A stretch of DNA of 47,901 nt, counting the filler, from Dimargaris cristalligena (Eukaryota): NCBI GenBank assembly GCA_003614675.1. It is 2 parts of 2 records of this genome, joined end to end, with 100 filler letters (N's around TTAATTAATTAA, not from the genome) between each part and the next. Parts side by side here need not be neighbours in the genome. Positions count along the whole stretch, not along the records: positions 1 to 23,917 come from ML002602.1; 1 more part is not named here. The stretch is one strand, 5' to 3'. Within the stretch, counting starts at the first letter, position 1. Each line of letters opens with the position of its first letter. Position numbers and translations under genes: made by a program. Under the pieces are notes generated by a model. The model did no database searches, had not been told where the DNA came from, and worked only from the letters and a program-made list of their open reading frames with translations. This document shows positions 1 through 11,432 of this stretch, in pieces.

Positions 1-360
1 TCTATCTTTTCAAATAAAGTTCAGTTTTCAAGGATTTGATTTCAGTTCTTTACACTAGGTATAACTCAATTCTATAGATGAAATGCCTGTATAGTAATCA
101 ATTGTAATAAGCTTAATGATAATAAATAATATATTTGAAGGGGCTGGTGCTTAATTTGACCTTTACTTGTGACTAATAATTTGTCATTTCTAAGTTCACC
201 AGGACCTCAGGGTTTACACATAGGAAGAAACAAATAGTAAATAGTAAATACTGGATACTCAGAGTTTTAACATTGCTAGTTGTACTGACTTGGATGAAGT
301 TATATATAACTATTTAATGAGATGGTAATATTGGTATTGATAAAGGTCATATATGGCTAT

Positions 361-940
361 TATCAGACCATTTAGTCCTTCTTAATCCAGACACCATAGT
401 ATCCATCCCTATTAGGCCTATAGTACTATATTAACCTTCCCATAATCACCCCCAGTACTATAGGATCACCCTATATTATATAACCCTTCCCCTTTTGGAC
501 TTCATCTCTTTACACTAATCACTTAAGTACTGAACCAAAGTCTCTTCCAGTTACCATTAGAGGGTTCCAGATACTAGTGGCTGTCCAGTCAGCTTATTTA
601 CTTATTCCTTAGCCTTAGTAATATTCTTCATTTGGGACCTCCCTCTAGAGTTATCCCCATAAATATATTACTGGGCCACATTGGGACTGGTTAGATTCAT
701 CAGCTTATTCTTACCCCTAGTTTACCCCAATAACCTCTATATATGCTCACTCCCCTTATACTGACTAGTAAGCATACTTACTGTACATCCCTTGCCTATA
801 CCTACACTTAGCCTTTATTAGTTAGTACCATACTTATACCTAACACTAGTAGCCCACTTGGCTAAGTCTAAGCTCTGCCTACCATTGGAAGCCTATCCTT
901 GGGACTCTTGATGGACTAAGAATGGCTAACCCAGGTGACA
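361..940 (+). mobile_element. Solo-LTR-like repeat, copy A (degenerate)
   Basis: Colinear with the reverse complement of ~45265-45845 and partly with 24018-24260. Internal TATATAACCC at 477. Degenerate poly(A) signal CAATAAC at ~728 (AATAAA in copy C). Ends ...GGTGACA at 940 and begins TATCA (possibly mutated TGTCA). No clean TSD; the 5' end is approximate. Confidence 0.7.
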
Positions 941-2470
941 ACAAGTAAGGTATTTTAATAGGTTTGGCCTCCCCACCATAAGCAGCTGGTGGTGGGAGTC
1001 CAAAGCAACTGAGAGGTATACACTAGTGATAGTAATTACAGTATATTCAGGATATGGATACAGCTTACAGAATAATAATGGAGACTAGTAATAACTTGGC
1101 CCATCAGAAATGGTGGTATGGATAAATGGTACCTGAGAATGCTCAAAGGTGGTGTATCTATAAAATGAGAGCAAGAGATCCCCATCTCCAAGTACAAGCA
1201 TTTATTAAGTCTGTCATTAATATTAGTTCCAGAAATGGCTAGAATGCCTACATCTAGAATGGGTAACAGGGTCCAACATTCAAACGGGTGATGTGAAGGG
1301 AGCTTTATAGATACTATAAAATAGAGATATCAATGGATCAAGCTAACTAATAAAAGAGGGTATATAATAAATGCTAATTAACTAAAGAATTGATTATAGG
1401 AATTGGCACGGCTATATGTAGCCTTGCAGACTAATGGAAAAGGCATCGAATCAGCGCAGAATATGCTGAAAGACGTTACTCAAAGGTATAATGAATCCAG
1501 TTTTGTGAATAGCTGAAGGAAGAGAATCCTTTGACAAAATCAAATTGCCGCGCCTTGTTGGTGGAATTGGGTGATTATGGCTGCTAATTCTCAAATATTA
1601 GTCAGCCGTAATCGCATTGACTATTAATCACAACCATATGGTTAAGGGGAGTGGGGACATTCCGTGTTCGGGACCGTTTCAAAATATCCCATTGAAGAGC
1701 TATCTTTCCCAAATCCAACTCACGACGTTCCTGTCCTCATTTATAATCATTAGATTGAGACCCGCTTCCCTCCACAGAGTTGAGCAGTGACCCAAGTTTA
1801 TAAAACCCTGGAATAAACCGACCTCCTCCGGGGAAATAATGAACAAGTCGGCTTTCAAATTCAATTTGCTGAGGCCCCTCAGCATGCTGTCGAGCTGCCA
1901 GGCAAAAGTGAATTCATCGATAACCAATTGAAGTGATTGATCCACTTCAAGGCAGATGAATAGGGTGATGCATAGGCGGGAATTACTTGAATCTTGCACA
2001 TTAAGGAGTCCGGCCGAACCAAACGGGACATTGCAACCGATTGTGCTACCCCCAGTGATATTTTTGTAAATCTTGGGATTGAAGGACGTTCCCAACCAAC
2101 GTCTTTGAAGGCAGTGGGTTGTCATGTCCTTGGCATAGAGGGCATCTTCGGACATTCAGTCAAAACCGGGACGGGAAATGTAAATGGGGAGATACATGCA
2201 AATTCCAACACAGGTGATGGATTTAGTTATTTTCGTACTACATGGTGGCAAAATATATAGTATCTAAAGTACATCAATGAAAATAACGGCTAGGCATATG
2301 GCCGATACTAATAAGTAAATTATTTACCTGAGCCATTCTCCGGCGCTAGTTCGTTGGTATAGTCTAACCAAGAATCGCTCATTTGAATCGACCTGGTGGT
2401 TGCTTGTACTAAAAGTGGCCTAAAATGCTATAATTAATCACCAGCGGAATGGCACTAAAATGCAATTGAT
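941..2470 (-). pseudogene. Decayed multi-exon orphan gene, copy A (possibly a secreted protein)
   Basis: Minus-strand exon HHPFECWTLLPILDVGILAISGTNIND...SIPPFLMGQVITSLHYYS followed by GTAAGC matches copy B. Further donors GTAAAT (~2327) and GTGAGT (~1723). In-frame stops and frameshifts. Frameshifted hydrophobic N-terminus near 2400-2470 and TATATAAG near 2640. Homology to copy B starts exactly at the LTR edge (941). Confidence 0.55.
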
Positions 2471-4546
2471 GAAACTGCAGATCCAAAATTCGGATCTGAA
2501 GGTATGGGAATAATACAAAATGACTGAAATAAAAAAAGCTAATAAGGTAAAGAGTCGGAATTCGAAGTAGAAGATGTGGGGGAGAATGAGCTTAGCACAG
2601 TGTACGCTGGAACAGGGCTAGCTGGATAAGGGACCTTATATATATTCGCATATTACGGCTAGTCAAGACGTATTTTGGAGTACGTTTTTTTGTTTGACCA
2701 CTGCATTTCCGATGTAACCTTCAGGGTGTTCACAGGATCCTTCCAAGGAATCCTTATAGTTGACACCTAGTTTAACGGCAAAACAGAAAAACTAACAATG
2801 GGTTTAGCCTATTTAAGGATTACAAAATTGTATGGTTTCAATAGGAATCCTTATGTGGGGACTTCTGCATTTATTGGTCAATATCACCTGCCTATGGGTG
2901 TGAAATTCTGTACCAGTTGTATTTTCCACAATCTCTTTCAGAAACCTCTTTGCTTTACATCAATGGCTAATCATGATTTACTAAGTTTGTTAGAATCCCT
3001 TGAATTGGATCAGAAGTTCAGTGACTAAAGTATCCTACTCGGCGGGTATGTATTTATTTTATTCAATAATATGGTTTACATGGTATTCCTGCCTAGGTGC
3101 CGGTGGGTAAAAGTAGTAATAACATGCAAACAGGGCCGCCTCCAAGGGTTTGATTTAGCTGTGTACCTGATACAAATCAACCCTGCAGTACAAAGAGGCT
3201 GACCATTGTTGGTATAGTCCGTGTTTTTCGATTCAACCATGCCGGACTAAGAGCTACAATCATTTCCTTTGGTTATTTTACTGGCACTGACCCTTTGCTG
3301 CAGGAGATGGTGTCATTTAGGTTAGGAAAGAACCGTTATGATTGGAGCAGCCAGTACCCACACGTAATTGGGCCTAGTCATTTGGTTTACCACGCCTAGT
3401 CCGTGGAATCTGGGACCTTTCAAGGGAATGGCATGTTCCATGTCTTTAGCTGTGGCCCACATGGTCCTTCAGGTTTTATTGTGCCTAGAAATTATTCTGC
3501 AAAGGAGGTACTTTCGTCATGGGATATACGATACATTATAAACTCGTGGTCAGAAAGGTGGGGATTAATAATATAAAGTGGACTAACAACAGATGAAATG
3601 AAGCCAATATGGCTAGATTGTGAATGGTGACGATGTGCTAAACTGGGATTTATATATCCATATACGTCGTAGTTATTGACCAAAGTGTATCTAATATGTG
3701 TACACATTATATAGGTATGAGATGAGAGATAGGTGAATCTATAAAGCCTGGACAGGAAATATGGAATAGTGTTTGATGAATAGAATGTCAAAGAAAATGG
3801 GAATCCTAAAGATGGTTTCCCCACTTCAGTTCACTGACCCCCATCCCCCCCGTGTCCCAATGCCCTGTTAAAAACCATGAATAGGCTCGTCAATATAGTT
3901 GTCAAGGCTATATATAAACAGGTCAAGACAAGAAAGCGGTTTTTTTAAGGTATATCGTCCATGACTGCTAATTTCCCTAAGAATATAGTGGCCTAAATAG
4001 GAGTGTCTCGGGTGGCCCTGTTGGGTTTCTTTGCACGAATTATATAGCTTTATCATGATGCCAATAGCCAATACGGGCCTATTTATTGGTATTTTATTAT
4101 GCATTGCTAAAGAGCAAAGCTGTCATTCTAAAACCCAAGATATAATTGCCATTATAAACCTCGGACAATTTTAAGTGGGTTGGTGTACTTTTAGTACAAT
4201 TGAATGGCTCATTATTGTTCAACCCGGTGTAAAATCATTTTATAGTGGATTGTGTCAATAGCGATCAAATGCAATTGAGTATATACGGTGTATTGTATGG
4301 GAATCATAAAGAAAATATCCCCCTAGAACTAGGGGAGGAGGGGACACTTAGGTTTGATAATAACCAATGATTATTTGTAGTCCCGTCCTGTTGGCTGTTA
4401 AACTAGCCCTGTTATTTACTGAGTGGACTGCTACAGTTGTATAAAACTACCATAAAACTTGTGGTACTGGGCTTGAGTTGCTTGTAGCTGAAGGGGTGAT
4501 GGCATATACCGTGGCAAGGTTACCTCTGACTTGAAACCACATGAAT

Positions 4547-5200
4547 TTAATCATTTTTTATATTTGATCCATATTGGAAGCCAATTAAGAGGCCAAGGAA
4601 GTCATCTGGCATATCCTTAATTCCTACTTTCCAAGTGGTCCACAGAAATAATACAGAACCGAGGAGCATAGAGTGCCCGAAATAGATTGTAACCAGCAAG
4701 GTGTTATAATTGGCTAGACCTTCCCACCATAAGCGGCTGGTGGGGGGGGGAGTCCAAGGCAACCTAGAGGTTTACACGGGCGACAGTAATTACAGTTTAT
4801 TCAGGACATGGATACAGCTTACGGAATAGTAATGGAGACCTCTAACAACTTGGCCCATCACAAACGGTGGTATGGATAAATAGTACCTGAAAACGCTGAA
4901 AGGTAGTGTATCTATAAAATAAGAACGAGAGGGATCTCTGTCACCTTATCCAATAATTTGTAGAGTGTGTCATCAACATTGGTCCCAGAAATGACTAGAA
5001 TGACTACGTCTAGAATGAGTAACAGGAACCAATATACACACGGATGAAGGAAGGTAATAGTTCGGCAAGATGGAATTGCCGCGCCTTGTTAGTGGAGCTG
5101 GACGATGATGGCACCTAGTCCTCGAAGATTAGTCGGCCTTAATCGCATTAACTATTAAGCACGACAAATTATTTAACAGAGTTATATTCGAAACAGTGTT
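4547..5200 (-). pseudogene. Decayed orphan gene, copy B (paralogue of 941-1640)
   Basis: 4692-5160 aligns in direct orientation with 941-1295 plus 1515-1635. Translates to ILDVVILVISGTNVDD...SIPPFVMGQVVRGLHYYS, then a conserved GTAAGC...CTAG intron, then VALDS. Contains stops, a frameshift and an internal deletion. Confidence 0.6.
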
Positions 5201-6052
5201 ACCTAATAATCCAGTATGAGACTTGGGAGCAAACATCTTTGGCTTATAGACATACAGACTGTGTATTTGGTCACAGGGCTATACTCGGGGTTGTGCTCCG
5301 GGTTACGCTCCTCAATATCCAAACCAAATCGGCGGGTTTAAATACACTGGTCGGCAAAACTAATAATGCAGGCTCAGGAGTTGTCCATACGGTCACCAGT
5401 GAAGGGACCTTTGTCATTGACAGCCTCGGCTGTTACTCTGGATCCCATTTCATTGGTTTATTTACCGCCCACTTTTTTTGATGGTGGCCATTGAATCCTT
5501 TGCTGGGCTGACGGCAACCCTGGGTTCGCAATAATATGAATAATAATAGAACTGATTGCAAAGGTTAAAATCGATAAAAAGTAATTTCTTCCCAACCCAG
5601 CACTCTGCAGCAATGCACTTACTCGAAAATATAACTAAATCAAATGCACCATCGGCCTATTACTGACAAGGGCGAGTTGATTGAGCAAGGTATCCAGTAG
5701 CATGGCTAGAAGCAGTTTCATAAGCAATATTCTTCACAAAATTGGATTCGGTCCCGGAATGCAGTGACAATCTCTTCCAAATTGACCTAGCCTTCCTGGA
5801 TAAAAACCGGTATCCAACTAATTTTTCTCATTTACATGTCATTTATAATCATATGCAACCGTAATAATGGTTTTTCGTATATTCCTGATCGACGGGGTCC
5901 TCTTGGTGGATTTACCATAGAATTTTGGGTCTAGCAGTACTCGACCTTCGAGGATATTAATATATATTTTTTATGCGAATGAGACTCAAAACAGGAATAG
6001 TAGTAGTGATAGACAGACTGAATGAGTCCGACTATATATAATAATATTATTT

Positions 6053-7726
6053 TTACGAAAGCGGGATTTGGTAGGCAAACACATTCCGGGTGGCCTTGGT
6101 GGCCAATTGATCCTGTTTCTCGGCCATTTTGTTGGCCTTCTTTTCCTGACGCCGGTTCTTCTTTTGTTCCTTAACGGCCTGTTTCCGAAGACGTTTCTCT
6201 TCGGCCGTTTCACCCTTCGGCCGGGGCACCCCCTGGTCCACACTTTCCAACTGAACCGAGTTCCCGTCTTCATCGTTTTCATCATCCTCGTCGACGTTGT
6301 CCTCTTCGGACTGGACCGAGGGTTTGGTGGAGGAAGGCATACCGGTCCGGGCATTGAGTTTGATACGGCGGCTGGGGGCCAGCGGAATCAAGGCCGGGTG
6401 ATTTTCCAAGTTGGAGTAAGTACTAAGCACCGATTCGCAATCCCAGTTGTCGTACCGTTTGGTGACATCCCGGTAGTTGACAATATCGTACTGGTCGGTG
6501 GTGACCCCCTTCTTGCGCGGTTTGGGCACCCCTCCTTCGCCACCTCCAGGAGTGCGGAGGGACGGGTCGGTTTCCGCATCCGGGTCATCCGTCAGCGAAC
6601 AATGCCCAAGGATGCGACGCACGGTATCCAGTTTGTCAAGCCCGGTTTCGCCTTCGATTTTGACGGACATTTTACCCCCTTTGACTTCGTATTTGTCTAG
6701 GAAATCGTCGAGAATGGCCTCGAAATCGTCTCGCATTTCCATATCCTCTTCCTCGTCATCCGACGTTTCCGACTCGCTGGTAGTGGCGTAGAGGTTTTCG
6801 AATTGGTCGTAGCGCTCGTCAATCAAAGTGAGGTTTTCATTGCGGAACATGGCGGACGATGTCATGGAGAACTTGGAAGCAGTGGTGCGGCGGTCGCCTC
6901 CGCTGGCTACCGAACCGGCCCCCCCTTCATCACTATCACCACCATCGGCATCACTGCCGGCCCGGCGGTTGGCCTGTTTGACCCGCCACAGGAACTCCTG
7001 CTCCTCGTCCCAGTCGCTGTTGGGGCCATCGTCTTCTTCATCGCGCTCGTAGTCAATCTGGCCGGGGGCATTCAGCATATCGAAAAAGTCCTGGTCGGCA
7101 GCGGCGGAGACGGCATCTTCATCCTCGAGGGCTTCGAGGGTGGCCCGGACTTCGGGGTCGTAGTCGAGTAGGAACCCCCGGGGATAGGCCTCCTGGTTGA
7201 GCAAACCCACCTCCATATGCCCGGAAGACGGCAGGGCCTCTGGGGGCAATTGGATACCGCTGCGTTTCGCCGTGGTGGCATTAGCATTAGCATTATCAGG
7301 AGTCGCGGTAGGGGTGGTATCGTCGGTCTCGGTTTCCCGAAGGGTAAACGCACCCCGCCGCTGGTTCGTTGAGGGGGGGTTATCGGCGGAGGTACTGCCA
7401 TCCTTGGAGATAAAGACAGCGCCGGGGGTTTGGTTCATGGGCTTCAAATGCTGCATGTAGTCGTATTCCTGGTCATCGAAATAGATACCGTGGAGAGCGG
7501 CCTGGCCCACCTGGGCATCGAGCTCGTCGACGGAAGCCTCGGCCAGACGACCGCGGCGGTTCTTGTCCTCGCCCCGGACGGACTGCATCGGCTTGGCGTT
7601 TTTGCCGATTTCAATCAGTACACGCTGGGAACTCTCGGAATCGGCTACCAGGGGATCGTGCTGGGACCGATGGCCCACGTAGTAGCTTTTGGCCGCATTG
7701 CGGTCGATAAACGGCTTCTTGCCCAT
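6053..7726 (-). CDS. LTV1: Low-temperature viability protein Ltv1, 40S ribosome biogenesis/export factor
   Basis: 557-aa single-exon ORF. N-terminal MGKKPFID...HRSQHDPL, G-IYFDDQEYDYMQHLK, SMTSSAMFRNENLTLIDERYD, WDCESVLSTYSNLENHP and C-terminal ETAEEKRLRKQAVKEQKKNRRQEKKANK are all typical of Ltv1. Confidence 0.95.
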   Translation of the reverse strand: MGKKPFIDRNAAKSYYVGHRSQHDPLVADSESSQRVLIEIGKNAKPMQSVRGEDKNRRGRLAEASVDELDAQVGQAALHGIYFDDQEYDYMQHLKPMNQTPGAVFISKDGSTSADNPPSTNQRRGAFTLRETETDDTTPTATPDNANANATTAKRSGIQLPPEALPSSGHMEVGLLNQEAYPRGFLLDYDPEVRATLEALEDEDAVSAAADQDFFDMLNAPGQIDYERDEEDDGPNSDWDEEQEFLWRVKQANRRAGSDADGGDSDEGGAGSVASGGDRRTTASKFSMTSSAMFRNENLTLIDERYDQFENLYATTSESETSDDEEEDMEMRDDFEAILDDFLDKYEVKGGKMSVKIEGETGLDKLDTVRRILGHCSLTDDPDAETDPSLRTPGGGEGGVPKPRKKGVTTDQYDIVNYRDVTKRYDNWDCESVLSTYSNLENHPALIPLAPSRRIKLNARTGMPSSTKPSVQSEEDNVDEDDENDEDGNSVQLESVDQGVPRPKGETAEEKRLRKQAVKEQKKNRRQEKKANKMAEKQDQLATKATRNVFAYQIPLS

Positions 7727-8429
7727 GGTGGAATGGAATCAGTGGGCTGTGTATGAGGGAATTAGATGGCTAGGAAGATATATAAATATATGTCAAGAGG
7801 CAGGAAGGTAGAATATACTAGGCTCGAGGGTTTGTTGGAGTGGCGGATACTGCTTAGAAGGAAATGGGCACAATAGGGCTGAGTCAATGGCATTTGAGGA
7901 CCTTTTGCTTTAGGGACAATACCAGCCAATATCATTAGATGGCCACTAACTACGGCATATAATCTGGGCGAATTATTTTCGTTCCTTGGGTGTGTTAAGC
8001 GAAGGCTGCTCTCTCTCTCTCTCTCATCACATCGGTTTTTTTTCCTTTTCTTTTCATCCACGCTAGGCCTTTCCGGTCACCTGATCCCAAACTCCCAATG
8101 CTCGATTGAAACTGCAGCCCAATTACTATAGAGTATATATAGCCCTGAGTATATTATGTGGAGGGGATATCACAATATTCTCTGGCCCTGCTATTTCATA
8201 TGGGTGAATTTTTCTGCCTCAGAATCACACAATCTCTATACATTTAAGTGGCGTGTGGCACTTTAGTTTTACCTATTTCACTGCCAGGCAAATCTAGTCA
8301 ATCTCTTTAAAAAAAGTGCTAATCGATTAAGCACAAACCCTTCCGCCCTCTCTCGTTCTGTATAGTACCCTCTAGCAATTGGAGTCCTGCCCGCTTTAGT
8401 TCCCCCCCGACCTCCATTTCCCGTAAAAC

Positions 8430-10120
8430 ATGACCGGATACCAACCCGGACAATTGGCCGGCCTCCTATCCGCCCAGGCCGATTCCCAACTCGACGGCCT
8501 CTTCGCCACAAGTGTAAGTAATCGACTCGCGAGAAGTATAACCTGGCGTTGCATGTCCCTAATGACCCTTCCGCACAGTCACTCATATTTAACTTTGTCT
8601 CGGCTCCTCCCTATTTTCACCCTGCGTAGGCCAAACCCATTACCAAGGAAGAAGTTCCGGTGGTCGCTGTCACCGTTCCCCACCGCCGCACTATTGAAGA
8701 TGTCGAGAGCGATACCGAAAAGGGACCCAGTCAGAAGCGGCCCAAAAACGAAACCCGCCCCACAGACCCCGAGGCCGATGCCCGTACCATTTTTGTGGGC
8801 AATGTCGACATATCCGTTCTTCAAGATAAGGTAATGTATTAGATTCCCCAAGTCTCTTTGTATAATATTGCTGTATCTGTCCATGGCCCGGTTACAGCTA
8901 CTCTATAATGTCGACTTTAACGTGGTACTAACTCCTTTCCCATAGTATGTCCGTCTGGTCCCCGGGCTTACCCGTTTTACTGAAATAAACAGAAAGCGGC
9001 CAATGCTTTCGAGAAGGTGTTCAAGGCTGTGGGCCCCGTAAAAGCTGTGCGGTTCCGTTCAATTGTAAGTTCACCTAATTCCTTGGCCAGCGTATGCCCT
9101 GCGATTCCCCTGATCCAGGCTAGGCCAGCTCTTTATCCGTTTCACGGCAAGGAAACCCCGCATGCCCACTACCTGGGAATGATCCCAGCGGTCTAGCTGC
9201 AAATTTATGATTAGGGTCTTAACCATCTACCAATCTCTTCCCCATCTGCTGACTCTTTGAATAGGCCATCAGTAAGTTCATGGACCGCAAAATTGCCGTA
9301 CGGGCAGGTCTCCTGAACGACCAGCGCAGCACTTGCAATGCCTATGTTGTATTCGCCGAGAAGGCCACGGTGGAGGAGGCCTTGAAGCTCAATTCGATCC
9401 AATTTATGGATTTGACCCTACGAGTGGACTCCGTCGCCAACCCCCGCTCAAGAGATCTCAAGGCCACGGTTTTCGTTGCCAACCTGCCCTTCACCATCGA
9501 GGAAGAGGCCGTGCGCCGGCATTTCGCCCCCTGTGGCACCGTGGTTAACGTGCGCTTGGTTCGGGACCGGGACCTCAAATTCGGCAAGGGGGTGGGTTAC
9601 GTGGAATTTAAGGAACAGTCCTCGGCGGGTCTAGCTCTGAACCTCAATGACAGTACGCTCGAAAAACGTCAGATTCGGGTGACCTTTTGCCAGGATAGCA
9701 AGGCCTACTCTGAGAAACGGGCCGAGTTGGGCCAAAAGTTGAATTCGCAACACAAAGCGAAAAATTGTATCCGGCGACTGAAGTCCAGCAAAACCAAAAC
9801 GGCGACTCGCAAGGTGGCGAAGATGCTCAAGGTAAGAAACTCTTGATTTTAATGGTTATAAAATGTGGGGGGGGGTTTGATGGTGGGTTGGATGAGAGAC
9901 CCTCTGAATATTTTTTTAAGCACATCTTACCCCAACCAGCAATAGACATGCCTGATACTAATGGCACGCTGTTATATATTTATAATTGTATCTACCCACC
10001 CATTTCCTTGACCGTATTTAGCCACAGGAAAAGAAGTTCGAAGGTACTCGGGCCGACCGAACCAAGAGTCCGGCCGAAATCCTGGCCCAAACGCGCAAGA
10101 ACCTTAAGTACAGGCGCTAA
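8430..10120 (+). CDS. NOP12: Nucleolar protein Nop12/RBM34 (two RRMs); exons 8430-8513, 8630-8830, 8993-9064, 9265-9831, 10028-10120
   Basis: All four introns are GT-AG and phase 0, giving one continuous frame. RRM1 ARTIFVGNV...VRFRSI...NAYVVF, RRM2 TVFVANLPF...KGVGYVEF, and the C-terminal FEGTRA motif. Confidence 0.9.
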
Positions 10121-11432
10121 TATAGCAGCAGTGGCTTGTAACTGGTATTGCATATCCTTTAGGACCAGGGATTGTGTTATGAGTACTCTGTCGAGGGATG
10201 GTTTCTAATATGCCCCAACGAAGAGTGTACATGGGAGTGGTTGCGCTCAAACTGCATTATCCGAAGTAAACACCCATTTTTACCCATTTAATTAGTCATT
10301 TTTATACCGGGTGGCTAGTTTTATCAGAATATATATTTGCGCAGCCGGACTTTTCCGGCTCTAAATAAACGACCAGCCCGGCTTCCCGGTTATTTACATG
10401 GATGTTTTTCCCAATTGGGTAAATGGATTTTGATCAGCTTCAAGAGGCTCCGCTGGTACCATTTTCGAGATGGGGTAGTAGTCCCGCTCTTATAAATACG
10501 CGAACCCCATGTCGCGCAATATATATATATATATACGGGGGTTTTGGCTGGGCAGAGGTAGCCAGCCGTACGAACTGCGCTGCACCCACTCTTCCGGTGC
10601 CTTTTGACGAACCCCCCCTGTTTCGTTCCAACCAATGAGTTTATTCATGACAGAATGACAACCACTCAGTCCAGTCTCCATCGGCCACGCCCCTGTTCAC
10701 TTTGGGCAAGAGAAGCCGCCGGCAATCCCTCTCTCCTGGCTATACTACGATGTAGCCCTCCCCCACTCGCACTGGTCTCCTGGATATACTATTTCCGCTC
10801 CCTTGTTTGGCCTTTTTTTACTATGAATTTTGAGGCCAGTGTGTGGTTTTTTTTTCATAGGAGGGGTCCCCATTGGGAATGACGGTAGTGGTACTATAAA
10901 GCGGGGTTTTGGCTGGGCGTCACCAGTGAAATTAAATGAATAATGAAGGTATGGCTAAAGTTGCCTGGTAAACGAGGCAGCTCCTTCCTTCTCTTCTCCC
11001 TGGGCCAACCTAAATACCGACAAGCCTTGTATTCTCCTGCCCACGACTTATAAACCACGGCACTGATCCAGGTGTCCATTTGGCTTTTACTGTACTTTTC
11101 CAGCCTGTTCCGACTTTCCCCGTGCCGCCTTCCCACTGCAGCCGTGACAGGTTGGGCATATTCTCGCTACCCCATTTAACTCACGGGGGTTCCCAACGCA
11201 CCGCGTTCGCTTATTCTATTTGGTTTTTGTCCTGGGTTGACCACCTCCAACTTTTTCTTGGGCCTCTGTTAATCCTACCTACTGGTTGCATTGTCCAGCT
11301 TTCTTAGTATTTCCCCTGCTATTCTAGTCCACAGTCTTGCCATTCGAAAGTTTCTGGCCACCGCATTAACAACGTGCGCATTACTGTTCTCTCTTAGTCT
11401 CACCACATTCTCCCACACTCCCCGATCCCAAT

